Assembly: GCA_965541615.1 (NCBI GenBank)
Contig: CBEUCJ010000001.1
Span: 195,754 to 259,753, forward strand
Source: an uncultured bacterium
GTDB taxonomy: Bacteria; Omnitrophota; Gorgyraeia; Duberdicusellales; CBEUCJ01
DNA length: 64,000 nucleotides
Direction: 5' to 3'
Part shown: positions 9,003 to 18,881 of the stretch, one piece after another
How positions within the stretch are numbered: position 1 is the stretch's first letter
How the letters are laid out: every line of letters starts with the position of its first letter
Notes under the pieces: model-generated
What the model was told of the DNA's origin: nothing
What the model saw: the letters and a program-made list of their open reading frames with translations, nothing else
Databases searched by the model: none
Program-made: the position numbers and the translations under genes

Positions 9003-12000
9003 TTGTGGTAGAACTCAAAAATGTTTGGGAAAAATATAGTATAAAATTTGTCTCTGAAAAGAAAATTTGGCGAGAAGAAATTTGGGCATTAAAAGACATT
9101 AATCTTAAAGTTAAGAAAGGAGAAGTTTTAGGAATAATTGGAGCTAATGGAGCAGGAAAGACTACTCTTTTAAAACTCATCGCTGGAATGCTTATTCCTG
9201 ATAGAGGTGAGGTTATTGTAAAAGGAAAAGTAGCTACAATTATGGAATTGGGAGCAGGTTTTAATCCTGAATTTACAGGCAAAGAGAATATAATTCTTAA
9301 TGCTCACACTTATGGATTAGATGAAAATAGTTTAAATGAAAGATTAGAAAAAATTATAGAATTTTCTGGGTTAGGAAAATTTATTTACGCTCCTATAAAG
9401 TATTACTCTCAGGGTATGTTTTTAAGGTTAGCTTTCTCATTAGCTATTCATGCTGAACCAGATATTCTTCTTATAGATGATATTTTAGCTGTGGGGGACA
9501 AAGAAGCTCAAGAAAAATGTATTAATAAAATATTTGAATTAAAAAAGGAAAGAAAGACTATTATTTTGGTAAGTCATGATATGGAAATGATAAGCAGATT
9601 ATGTGATAGAGCAATTTTTTTAGAGAAAGGTAAGATCATTTATGAAGGAGTACCTCAAAAAGCAGTTTTTAAATATCTAGAAACTGTAGGAAATAAAGAA
9701 GGTATTGGTGTTTTGGAAGAGAATGATTTAAGGATCGTTTTTAACAATGGAAGAATCAATATAAGCTGGAGAGATTTTCCTATTACAAAAAGAAACAGCT
9801 GTATTTTTTATTTTGATTCTTTAGTTAATAGCCAGATTTCTTTTTTAAATCTTTTTTGGAGAGTAAAAAAAATAGATTCTAATAAGATTTTAGCTGAAGG
9901 TAGAGATCATAAAGATTTTCTTTTACAAATTTGGAATATCCAATTACAAGATAATTGTTTACATTTAGAAATAGAAATACTCAGTTCAACTGGAGAATCT
10001 CATTTAGGTCTTTCACTTTTTTCTGAATACAAAAAGTGGATAACTTTGAATGAAGAAAAAGAGTTTCCTCCTTTTATTTCTAAAACAGAATATCAAGATT
10101 TAGGTTTAAAAATCTCTCCTGAAGGAATAATAGGTATTAAATCAAAAAATATTCAAGATTTTCCTTATCTTATTTTTGAAAGAAAAGATAATAGTGACCA
10201 GATTAAGCTTTTTAATACAGGTTATAAAGAAGAAGCTCGCATTGTTCAGTTGCCTTTAAATAATAATAAACTTATTGTAGATATCAAAGTATTTTCTGAA
10301 GAAAATGACTTCGAAAAATATATTAAAGATAAAAAAGATAAATTGAAATCTAAACTCCTCTCTCAAAGAACTCTAACCTCAAAAAACTTAAAAGTATATG
10401 CAGACACAGAAAAAAAAGCAGTAAGGATTTATTACAAAGATTTAGAGATCACTAAAGCATTTGGTTTGCACACTTCTTTTTTAATAGATAACAATTGGTA
10501 TGGAAATTCAGAAGCTGAGTGGCAAGTAGAAAAGAAAAACTCTATGCTTATTTTGCAATTTAGTTGGAAAAAGTTGAGAATTAATCAGAGATGGAAACTC
10601 ACTCTTAAAGAAAATTCTATTTTCTGGCAAATAGAATCTGAAATAAAAAATTTGCCCAACCTTAAATTATTCAAATTCGGTATATTTTTATCTGAAAAAT
10701 ACAATACTTTTTTCTCTGGAGCTCAACAAGAGAATTTTCCTGAAGAATTTAATTCATGGCGGGATATGGAATTAAATGATTTCCAAGCTGGATTGATAGG
10801 AGTAAGAAAAAGAGAAAACTATCCTGCTATTGTTCTAGAAAATAAAAATAAACTTCAGGCTTTTATCCAAAATAGTAATAACAATTTAAGCTCCCGTGTT
10901 TTACAGTTAGGCACTTTTCTATCTCCTAATCAAAAAAAATTTTCTTTTTCTACACAACTTAAATTTTTAGAAGAAGAGAATCTTATTGAAGACTATATTA
11001 AAGAAGAACAGCAAAAACTCCTCTCTCAAAGAACTCTAACCTCAAAAAACTTAAAAGTATATGCAGACACAGAAAAAAAAGCAGTAAGGATTTATTATAA
11101 AGATTTAGAAATTACGAAAAACAGAGGGTTATATACAGCGATATGTTTAAAAAATAAAAGATGGATTCATTCTTTTGACTGTTCTTGGCAGATAGAAAAA
11201 AAATCTGAAGAATTGATCTTAATTGTAAAATATAAAAAAATTCTTTCAGAAGTTTGGCGTTTAAGTTGCCAAAATAATATTTTAGAAATTAAAATTGAGC
11301 TAAATCCAATGGCGCCCTTTGTTTTGCTTAATAGAGATTTGAGATTAGAGATATCTGATGAGTATGAAAAATGGATTACTGCTTATGAGGGAGGAGATTT
11401 TTTAAATCAACATTATGGCGGTATAATTCCTGTAAGACTAAAAGATAATAAGGTTTCTAAAATAATGCTGAAAACAAATGATGAGATTTCAGCTCCAACT
11501 TTGTATTTTGAGACTTTATGTCCACATTATGGACAAATTTTGGGAATATATAAAAACAAAAAAGATAAATATATTTGTCTTAATTTTTCTTCTATGATTT
11601 CAAAAAAAGAAAATCGATTTTATCCTGAAAAATATATTTGTTTTTTATCTAAAATTATTTTTAATGAGAATATTGAATTAAAAGAGACTGAATTTGAAGA
11701 AAAAGTTGAGATAAGTAAAGATAATTTAAGGTTTATTTTTGATAGGGGGAAAAGTCAAATATTTTGGAAAGAAGAAAAAATAACCCAAGCTTTAGGAGTT
11801 TATACATCTTTACGTTCTTCTGGTATATGGTATGATTCTTATCAAGCAAAGTGGGAGATAATTAAAAAAGAAAAAGATAGGTTGATTTTACGTGGTGATT
11901 GGATATACCTTCCTATTTCACAGATTTGGAATATAGAACTGAGAGAAAAAAATTTAATATACTGGAAAGTAGATATAGAAGTTCATGAAGAAATTGATTT

Positions 12001-12346
12001 AGAGATAGAGCAAGCAGGTATTATGCTTTCTTTAAAATATGAAAATTGGAAAATACCCAGATTAATCCAAAATAAATTTCTTGATGAATTCCCACAAGAT
12101 TATGATATCTTGCCTTTTAGGTTTTGGTATGGAAAATCAAATAAAATAGAAGTTTTTAGTGAAAAAAAAGATTTTCCAAAATTATTGTTTGAATGTAAAT
12201 CTGAAGAAGAATCTTTTAGAGCTGTAGTAGAAAATAGTGATTATTTTTACAAAGCAAGATTAATTCAATATCAAAGATCAAATATCCAAAAAAGATTTCC
12301 AGGTAAATATTCTTATTTTGAAGGAGTAATTAAAATTGAAAGTTAA
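8999..12346 (+). CDS. wzt: Polysaccharide ABC transporter ATPase (Wzt) with four tandem ~220-aa C-terminal repeat domains
   Basis: GANGAGKTT, YSQGMFLRLAFS, LLIDDILAVGD, SHD in the first ~230 aa; then ~880 aa of repeated beta-rich units. Confidence 0.85.
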   Translation: MIVVELKNVWEKYSIKFVSEKKIWREEIWALKDINLKVKKGEVLGIIGANGAGKTTLLKLIAGMLIPDRGEVIVKGKVATIMELGAGFNPEFTGKENIILNAHTYGLDENSLNERLEKIIEFSGLGKFIYAPIKYYSQGMFLRLAFSLAIHAEPDILLIDDILAVGDKEAQEKCINKIFELKKERKTIILVSHDMEMISRLCDRAIFLEKGKIIYEGVPQKAVFKYLETVGNKEGIGVLEENDLRIVFNNGRINISWRDFPITKRNSCIFYFDSLVNSQISFLNLFWRVKKIDSNKILAEGRDHKDFLLQIWNIQLQDNCLHLEIEILSSTGESHLGLSLFSEYKKWITLNEEKEFPPFISKTEYQDLGLKISPEGIIGIKSKNIQDFPYLIFERKDNSDQIKLFNTGYKEEARIVQLPLNNNKLIVDIKVFSEENDFEKYIKDKKDKLKSKLLSQRTLTSKNLKVYADTEKKAVRIYYKDLEITKAFGLHTSFLIDNNWYGNSEAEWQVEKKNSMLILQFSWKKLRINQRWKLTLKENSIFWQIESEIKNLPNLKLFKFGIFLSEKYNTFFSGAQQENFPEEFNSWRDMELNDFQAGLIGVRKRENYPAIVLENKNKLQAFIQNSNNNLSSRVLQLGTFLSPNQKKFSFSTQLKFLEEENLIEDYIKEEQQKLLSQRTLTSKNLKVYADTEKKAVRIYYKDLEITKNRGLYTAICLKNKRWIHSFDCSWQIEKKSEELILIVKYKKILSEVWRLSCQNNILEIKIELNPMAPFVLLNRDLRLEISDEYEKWITAYEGGDFLNQHYGGIIPVRLKDNKVSKIMLKTNDEISAPTLYFETLCPHYGQILGIYKNKKDKYICLNFSSMISKKENRFYPEKYICFLSKIIFNENIELKETEFEEKVEISKDNLRFIFDRGKSQIFWKEEKITQALGVYTSLRSSGIWYDSYQAKWEIIKKEKDRLILRGDWIYLPISQIWNIELREKNLIYWKVDIEVHEEIDLEIEQAGIMLSLKYENWKIPRLIQNKFLDEFPQDYDILPFRFWYGKSNKIEVFSEKKDFPKLLFECKSEEESFRAVVENSDYFYKARLIQYQRSNIQKRFPGKYSYFEGVIKIES
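10352..11097 (+). repeat. 83-bp perfect intragenic direct repeat (10352-10434 = 11015-11097)
   Basis: aaactcctctctcaaagaactctaacc...gtaaggatttatta occurs twice, 663 bp (221 codons) apart; encodes KLLSQRTLTSKNLKVYADTEKKAVRIY. Confidence 0.9.
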
Positions 12347-14543
12347 TGAGATTATTAAAGGCAGAGTAAGAATAATTTTTACTCAAAAAGGTGTAAGTAT
12401 TTTCTGGAATAATATTGAGATTACAAAAAATGTCGGCCTAAATGTAGCAATTAATACTGCAGGTTTATGGACAGATTCTTCAAAGGCAGATTGGAAGATA
12501 ATAGAAAAAAAAGGAGATAGTGTTGTTTTGAAAATAATATTTAAAGAGTTACCTCTTTCTCAAATTTGGAATTTAAAGTTCTTTACAGAGAAAGAAATAG
12601 ATTGGCAGATAGATACACAGATAGAGGAATGGATCTTTATAGATGAAGTAAGAATTTTATGCTTACTCCAACCTTATTATAAAAGTTGGATATGTGATTA
12701 TAAAGAAGGAGATTTTGTTAAATTGAGCAGAAATTGGCATGATCTATACATTAGTTCATCTTCATCTTCTTTGGTAGGAGCAAGATTTTGTGTTCAAGAA
12801 AAGTTTTTACCTTCTTTTACAATGGAATCTTTGGATAAAGAATTCTTCTCATTTGTCCAAGTATCTCCCCAGATAATAGGTGCATATGTTATTGGATTTA
12901 GAAGTAAAGATATGAAAGAGTTTTTACCAGGGTATCATCATACTTTTTCAGGAAAACTTAGTCTATTTGAAGAAGAGAAAATTTTGGATGAAAAATTAGA
13001 AATACCCCGCAGTTTAAAAATGGAAAAAGATTTAAGAAAAAAAGGATTTAAAAAGGAAAAGTTAAAAGTTTTACTTTTAAATCTTCCTTGGCAAAGAGAA
13101 GGAAAATGGGGAGTAAGAGCAGGTTCTCGCTGGCCACATATTAAAGATGATTCTGAAGGGAATTATTTACCTTTCCCCTTTTTTTTAGCTTATGCAACGA
13201 GTCTTTTAAAAAAACATAATATCGATGCACATATAATCGATGCCATTGCAGAAAAAATAAATTTTGAGGAACTTTTAAAAAGAATTATAAAAGAAGATTA
13301 CAACATTTTTGTAATTGAGACTTCTGTTCCTTCTTTCTATGATGATTTAAAAATGGCAGAAAAACTTTCTTCTTTAGGAAAGATTATTCTTTGTGGACCA
13401 AATGTGTTAATTTACAGTGAAGAATTTTTAAAGAATACTCCTTTTGTTGATTATGTTATTTATGGAGAATATGAATTTACACTTTTAAATTTAATAAAAG
13501 CATTAAAAGAAAAAAAAGATTTAAGAAAAATTAAAGGGATCATCTTCAGAGAAAATTCAGATATAATAAAAACTCCACCTCAAGAATTGATAGATATAAA
13601 CTTACTTCCTTGGCCAGAAAGAGAAGAACTCCCTATTTATAACTATTGGGATATGCCAGGAAATATTCCCTATCCTTCAGTTCAGATGCTTTCTTCACGA
13701 GGATGTGTTTTTTCTTGTAATTTCTGTCTTTGGCCTCAAGTTTTGTTTATGAAAAAATACAGAGCAAGAGATATAAAAGATGTTGTAGATGAAATGCAAT
13801 ATGTAGTAGAAAAATTTGGGTTTAAATCTATTTATTTTGATGACGATACTTTCAATATAGGAAAAGAGAGAGTTTTGAATTTATGTAAAGAAATTATAAA
13901 AAGAGGATTAAATAAAATTCCTTGGGCAATAATGGCAAAACCAGATTTGATGGATGAGGAATTATTAGATAACTTAAAAAAAGCAGGTTTATTCTCTATA
14001 AAATATGGAGTGGAAAATGCTGATCAAGAGATTGTAAATAGATGCGGTAAAAATCTTAATTTAAAAAAAGCAGAAAAAATGATTAAATACACAAAATCTT
14101 TAGGAATAAAAATTCATCTTACTTTTAGCTTTGGACTCGAAGGTGAGACAAAGGAAACTATAAAAAGAACCATTGATTATGCACTAGAACTTGATCCAGA
14201 TTCAGTTCAATTCTCTATAATTACTCCTTTCCCTGGAACAAAACTTTATGAGGATTTAGAGAGAGAAGGAAGAATTTTAACAAAGAATTGGTCTCTTTAT
14301 GATGGGCATTACAGTTGTGTATTTAAACCTAAAAACTTATCACCAAAGGATTTAGAAGAAGCAAAACAATATGCTTACCGAGTATGGAAAGATTTTCAAA
14401 GAAAGAAAAGAGGATTTATTGGAGATTTGAAAAGATTTTTAAATTACGCAAAAGAAAGAGGATTAAGTTATGCTTTTTATAAAAGTTTTGACTATTTTAA
14501 ATATCTCCTGTTTTACAGAAAAAAGTTTCTAGGAAAAATATAA
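12336..14543 (+). CDS. B12-binding radical SAM enzyme (HpnJ/BchE-like) with an N-terminal copy of the Wzt repeat domain
   Basis: VRAGSRWPH...PFFLAY B12-domain start, GEYE, SRGCVFSCNFC, FDDDTF, YGVEN, TPFPGT. Confidence 0.85.
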   Translation: MKVNEIIKGRVRIIFTQKGVSIFWNNIEITKNVGLNVAINTAGLWTDSSKADWKIIEKKGDSVVLKIIFKELPLSQIWNLKFFTEKEIDWQIDTQIEEWIFIDEVRILCLLQPYYKSWICDYKEGDFVKLSRNWHDLYISSSSSSLVGARFCVQEKFLPSFTMESLDKEFFSFVQVSPQIIGAYVIGFRSKDMKEFLPGYHHTFSGKLSLFEEEKILDEKLEIPRSLKMEKDLRKKGFKKEKLKVLLLNLPWQREGKWGVRAGSRWPHIKDDSEGNYLPFPFFLAYATSLLKKHNIDAHIIDAIAEKINFEELLKRIIKEDYNIFVIETSVPSFYDDLKMAEKLSSLGKIILCGPNVLIYSEEFLKNTPFVDYVIYGEYEFTLLNLIKALKEKKDLRKIKGIIFRENSDIIKTPPQELIDINLLPWPEREELPIYNYWDMPGNIPYPSVQMLSSRGCVFSCNFCLWPQVLFMKKYRARDIKDVVDEMQYVVEKFGFKSIYFDDDTFNIGKERVLNLCKEIIKRGLNKIPWAIMAKPDLMDEELLDNLKKAGLFSIKYGVENADQEIVNRCGKNLNLKKAEKMIKYTKSLGIKIHLTFSFGLEGETKETIKRTIDYALELDPDSVQFSIITPFPGTKLYEDLEREGRILTKNWSLYDGHYSCVFKPKNLSPKDLEEAKQYAYRVWKDFQRKKRGFIGDLKRFLNYAKERGLSYAFYKSFDYFKYLLFYRKKFLGKI

Positions 14544-14554
14544 AAAATGCCTAT

Positions 14555-17500
14555 ATGGAAAAAATTCTTGAAGGAATAGATAAGGAAAAAGTATTAACTG
14601 GTCCACGAGTAGTCCAAATCGATTTAACAGATAAATGTAACTTAAACTGTATTTTTTGCTGGGTCCACTCACCTTTGTTCGATAAAAAAAAGATTTTTCC
14701 AGAAGGATTGAAAGAATTACCTTTTAAATTAGTTAAAAATTTAATAAAGGAATTAAAAGATTTAGGAACAGAAGAAATTATTCTTTCAGGATCAGGTGAA
14801 CCTTTTATGTATGATAAAATTTTAGAAGTTATAGATTTAATAAAATCTTATGGTTTTTATTTGAATATTATTACCAATGGTTTACTTATAAATGATAAGA
14901 TAGCAAAATTTTTAGTTGAGAAAAAAGTAGATCTTCTTACAGTAAGTGTATCTGCAGCTAAACCTTCTACATATTTAAAACTGCATCCTCCAGCTACTCA
15001 TGATGATTTTTTAAAACTTAAAAACAATTTAAAAAAAATATCTAATTATAAAAATGAAATTGTGACGATTTATCCTCATACAAAAATTTATAATGTAATC
15101 TGTAATAAAAATTACAGAGAGATTGAAGAGATGATAGATTTTGCAAAAGAAGTCGATGCAGATTCTGTTGAATTTCAAACAATAGATATAATTGAAAATA
15201 AAACAGAATTTTTAGCTTTAGGTAATAAAGAAAAAGAAGAAATTTTTGAAATATTTGAAAGAATAAGAAAAAGAAAAGATTTAATAGATTATGAAATTCC
15301 AAAAGAAAAAAAAATAAAAGATTTTATAAAAGAAGAATTTTCAGATTTTGGAAAGATATGGAAAAATTATAAAGAAAATTTTCAACTTACAAGATATGCA
15401 AAAGAACTTATATGCCCTAAAGGTTTTAATGGAGAAAGAAAAATAATTTTTCATACATATTCTCCTTATGCAACAAGAGTTTCTGATTTTTGGTATAAGT
15501 TTAATTTCAACAATAACTGTAAAGAATGTGAGTTGAAAAGAAAATGTTTCAATAAGAAAGAGGAAGTTGGAGAGGTTGATGTGAAGCTGTTGAATCTTTT
15601 AAATGTGGAAAGTTTTTTAAGAAAATTAGTTAACCTGGATAATCAGAATTTTACTTATAGAAAAGATATTGATAGTATCCCCTGTTATATAGGCTGGTAT
15701 TATGCACGAATTTTGACAAATGCAGATGTAATTCCTTGCTGTAAAGCTTATAAATTTGCTTTAGGTAATTTATACAAAAAATCATTTAGCCAAATTTGGA
15801 AATCAGAAAAATATAATGAATTTAGAATAAAAGCTAAAAATTTGTCAAAAAAAGACAAATATTTTTCTTTAATAAACTGTATAAAAGAATGTGATAATTG
15901 GGGAATGAATATGGAAATTCACAAAAAATTTATGGAATATAAAAAAGAAAAGGATATAAGAGAAAAATCATTTTCTTTAGTAATAAATGCTGATAAATTT
16001 TTTGAAGGGAATTTTAACAAAGGCAATCATGAGTTTGGTAAAGGGTTAATAATAGATGGAGGAGAAAAAAGAGGGCATGCATTATATTCTATAACTATAA
16101 AAGAAAATGGAAGATATGAATTATGGTCAAAATACGCTTCCTATCAAATAAGACCAGTTAAAATTTTTATTGATGGAAATTTAATAAAAGAAGATGGACT
16201 TTCAAAAATTACTGGAGGCTGGAATAAAGTTTTTTCAAAATGGTTTAAGGAAGGAGAAATCTATCTTAAAGAAGGAAAGCATATTTTAAAAATTGTAGCA
16301 GATAACTGCATTCCTCATATAGAGAAATTTGCCTTTTTAAAAAAAGAAGGAAAGATTAATTTATTTAATATCAAAACTTCTTATCTTGAAAAATTTAAAG
16401 ATATTCTTAAAAAAGAAGGTTTAAAAAAAGCTATTTATAAATTATTTTATAATCTTACTCCTTCAAATTTAAAAGACAGATATTTGGAGATTTTAGGAAT
16501 TTTAGATAAAGAATATGCTTATAAAGGCCCTTTTCATGTTCAGATAGATTTAACTAATGATTGTAATAGTAATTGCATTGCCTGTTGGTGCAATTCTCCT
16601 TTATTTAAAAAACCAAGATTAACACCTGAAGAAAAAAAAGAATATCTTCCCTTTTCTTTAGTTAAAGAAGTTTTAGATGAATTGAAAGCAATGCATACTA
16701 CAGAGATTTACTATTCAGGAGGTGGAGAACCTTTTATGCATCCTAATATTTTAGAAATTTTAGAGTATACAAAAAAGAAAGGATTTATAACTCATGTAAA
16801 TACAAATTTCACTTTAGTTAATAAAGATGTAGCTGATAAATTAATAGATATAGGTGTAGATTTTTTAACAGTAAGTGTATGGGCAGGGACTCCTCAAGTT
16901 TATAAAAAAGTCCATTTAAGAGATGAAGAGGTTTTTTTTAGAGTAAAAGATACTCTCCTGTACCTTAACAAAAGAAAAAAGCAAAAATACAACAAACCTT
17001 TAATTAAAATTTATTCTGTAATTTTTAATATGAATTATCATGAGATAGAAGAAATAATTAAATTTGCAGAAGATACTTTATCTGAGTCTATAGAATTCAC
17101 TTTAGTCGATACTATACCAGGAGTTACTGATGTATTGCGACTAAATGATAAGCAGTATGAAGAGTTAATTTATAAATTTGAAAAGATTAAAAGAAAATTA
17201 GATAAAAATAATAGACTTCCCTCAGGTTTACTTTTATTTCAATTTGAACAGTTTTTGCGAAGGATTTCTCAAAAAAACAATGTAAAAGAAGCAAAGTATG
17301 ATAAGAATATAATTGATAGTATGCCTTGTTATATTGGTTGGCTTTTTGCAAGAATTATCCCTAATGGAGAGGTTCATCCCTGTCTTAAGGCTCATCGTAT
17401 ACCTAGTGGTTCTTTATATTTAAATAGATTTTTTGAAATATGGAATTCAGATAAACAAAAATATTTCAGAAAAAAGACTTTAGTCTATGAAAAAAAGGAT

Positions 17501-18793
17501 CCCTTTTTTAGATTAATAGGAAATGACCCTTTTACAAAAGAAGCAGGTTGTTATAAAGTTTGTGATGATATTGGAAGAAACATGTGGATGCATTCAAGAA
17601 TAAGTATGTTAACTTATCCTGAAAAATTATTATTAAAAACAGCAGCAGCTGGCATAAAAATTTTAAGAAAAATAAAGCCTAAAAAAGAAGAATATAAAAT
17701 GTATCATAAAGACCCACTTATTGCAGGTATTCTTCATGGAAGAAAAGCATTTAGAGGTCCTAATCAGGTAGTCATTGATATTACAAATAAATGTAATTTA
17801 AATTGTATTGTTTGCTGGCTTTACTCACCTTTTTCAAAAGTGGATAAAGATTGGCTTAATGAAGAGATTTCCAAAGATACACTTTTTAGATTAATAAAAG
17901 ATTTAAAAGATATTCATACAGAACGTATAAGATTTACAGGTGGAGGAGAACCTTTTATGTGCAAGTATTTAATAGAGGCGATTGAATTTGCACGGAAAAA
18001 TGGTTTATTAGTGTCTATTACTACAAATTTTGGGTTAGTTTCAAAAAAAGATATAAAACGTTTAGTCGATTTAGAGGTTGATGAATTATGCATCAGTATT
18101 TGGGCAAAGAACAAAGAAACTTATTTAAAAACTCATCCATCTGTTTCAGAAAAATATTTTGAGAATTTAAAAGAAAATCTTTTATATCTTAAAGAGATTA
18201 AAAGAAAAAAGCCTCGAGTTACATTTGCAAATGTAATAATGAATTTGAATTATAAAGAATTTGATGAAATGTATGAATTTGCAAAAGAATATGGTGCTGA
18301 TGCAATTTATTTTACTCTTCCTGATGTTTTTAGAGATGAAATTAAAAGGTTCTTATTAAGTGATAAAGAGAAAGAATTTTTAATTAGAAAAGCAGAGAAG
18401 ATGAAAATGAAAGCAAAAAAAGACAAAATCGAACTTGAATTTTTTGAAGGGTTTATAAGAAGATTATCTAAAAAAGAAGAATTTACAAAAGGAGAGTATG
18501 ATAAAGATGATATAGATAAAATCCCCTGTTATGTAGGATGGATATTCTCACGCATTTTAGCAGATGGAAATGTGGTTCCTTGTTGTAGAGCTGTTAATAA
18601 AATAATGGGAAATGTAAATAAGACCTCTTTTAAAGATATATGGTATTCTCAAAAATATAATGAATTTAGAGCTAAAGCGAAGTTTTTAAAGAAAACACAC
18701 CCCTTTTTTAAAGACATAGGATGTATAAAAGAATGTGATAATTTTATGCATAATTTAGAAATTCATAGAAAGTTGAATAATGTGTTAATATAA
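14555..18793 (+). CDS. Triple radical SAM-SPASM/twitch fusion protein with internal CBM6/35-like domain
   Basis: Three CxxxCxxC motifs (about 14636, 16562, 17792), each with a GEP motif and a PCYxGW...PC...CxxxCD tail; beta-sandwich at about 15970-16340. Confidence 0.88.
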   Translation: MEKILEGIDKEKVLTGPRVVQIDLTDKCNLNCIFCWVHSPLFDKKKIFPEGLKELPFKLVKNLIKELKDLGTEEIILSGSGEPFMYDKILEVIDLIKSYGFYLNIITNGLLINDKIAKFLVEKKVDLLTVSVSAAKPSTYLKLHPPATHDDFLKLKNNLKKISNYKNEIVTIYPHTKIYNVICNKNYREIEEMIDFAKEVDADSVEFQTIDIIENKTEFLALGNKEKEEIFEIFERIRKRKDLIDYEIPKEKKIKDFIKEEFSDFGKIWKNYKENFQLTRYAKELICPKGFNGERKIIFHTYSPYATRVSDFWYKFNFNNNCKECELKRKCFNKKEEVGEVDVKLLNLLNVESFLRKLVNLDNQNFTYRKDIDSIPCYIGWYYARILTNADVIPCCKAYKFALGNLYKKSFSQIWKSEKYNEFRIKAKNLSKKDKYFSLINCIKECDNWGMNMEIHKKFMEYKKEKDIREKSFSLVINADKFFEGNFNKGNHEFGKGLIIDGGEKRGHALYSITIKENGRYELWSKYASYQIRPVKIFIDGNLIKEDGLSKITGGWNKVFSKWFKEGEIYLKEGKHILKIVADNCIPHIEKFAFLKKEGKINLFNIKTSYLEKFKDILKKEGLKKAIYKLFYNLTPSNLKDRYLEILGILDKEYAYKGPFHVQIDLTNDCNSNCIACWCNSPLFKKPRLTPEEKKEYLPFSLVKEVLDELKAMHTTEIYYSGGGEPFMHPNILEILEYTKKKGFITHVNTNFTLVNKDVADKLIDIGVDFLTVSVWAGTPQVYKKVHLRDEEVFFRVKDTLLYLNKRKKQKYNKPLIKIYSVIFNMNYHEIEEIIKFAEDTLSESIEFTLVDTIPGVTDVLRLNDKQYEELIYKFEKIKRKLDKNNRLPSGLLLFQFEQFLRRISQKNNVKEAKYDKNIIDSMPCYIGWLFARIIPNGEVHPCLKAHRIPSGSLYLNRFFEIWNSDKQKYFRKKTLVYEKKDPFFRLIGNDPFTKEAGCYKVCDDIGRNMWMHSRISMLTYPEKLLLKTAAAGIKILRKIKPKKEEYKMYHKDPLIAGILHGRKAFRGPNQVVIDITNKCNLNCIVCWLYSPFSKVDKDWLNEEISKDTLFRLIKDLKDIHTERIRFTGGGEPFMCKYLIEAIEFARKNGLLVSITTNFGLVSKKDIKRLVDLEVDELCISIWAKNKETYLKTHPSVSEKYFENLKENLLYLKEIKRKKPRVTFANVIMNLNYKEFDEMYEFAKEYGADAIYFTLPDVFRDEIKRFLLSDKEKEFLIRKAEKMKMKAKKDKIELEFFEGFIRRLSKKEEFTKGEYDKDDIDKIPCYVGWIFSRILADGNVVPCCRAVNKIMGNVNKTSFKDIWYSQKYNEFRAKAKFLKKTHPFFKDIGCIKECDNFMHNLEIHRKLNNVLI

Positions 18794-18881
18794 ATTAGGA
18801 GATCAGTTTTTGGATGAAAAACTTTATTTTTCTATTTTCAAAGCAAAGTTTTTACTAAAGGCAGAGAGTTTAGAGAATTAA

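Noticed and set aside
10352-11097. Direct repeat as CRISPR or IS ends
   Set aside because: Only two copies, in frame inside a CDS; no cas or transposase genes in the window
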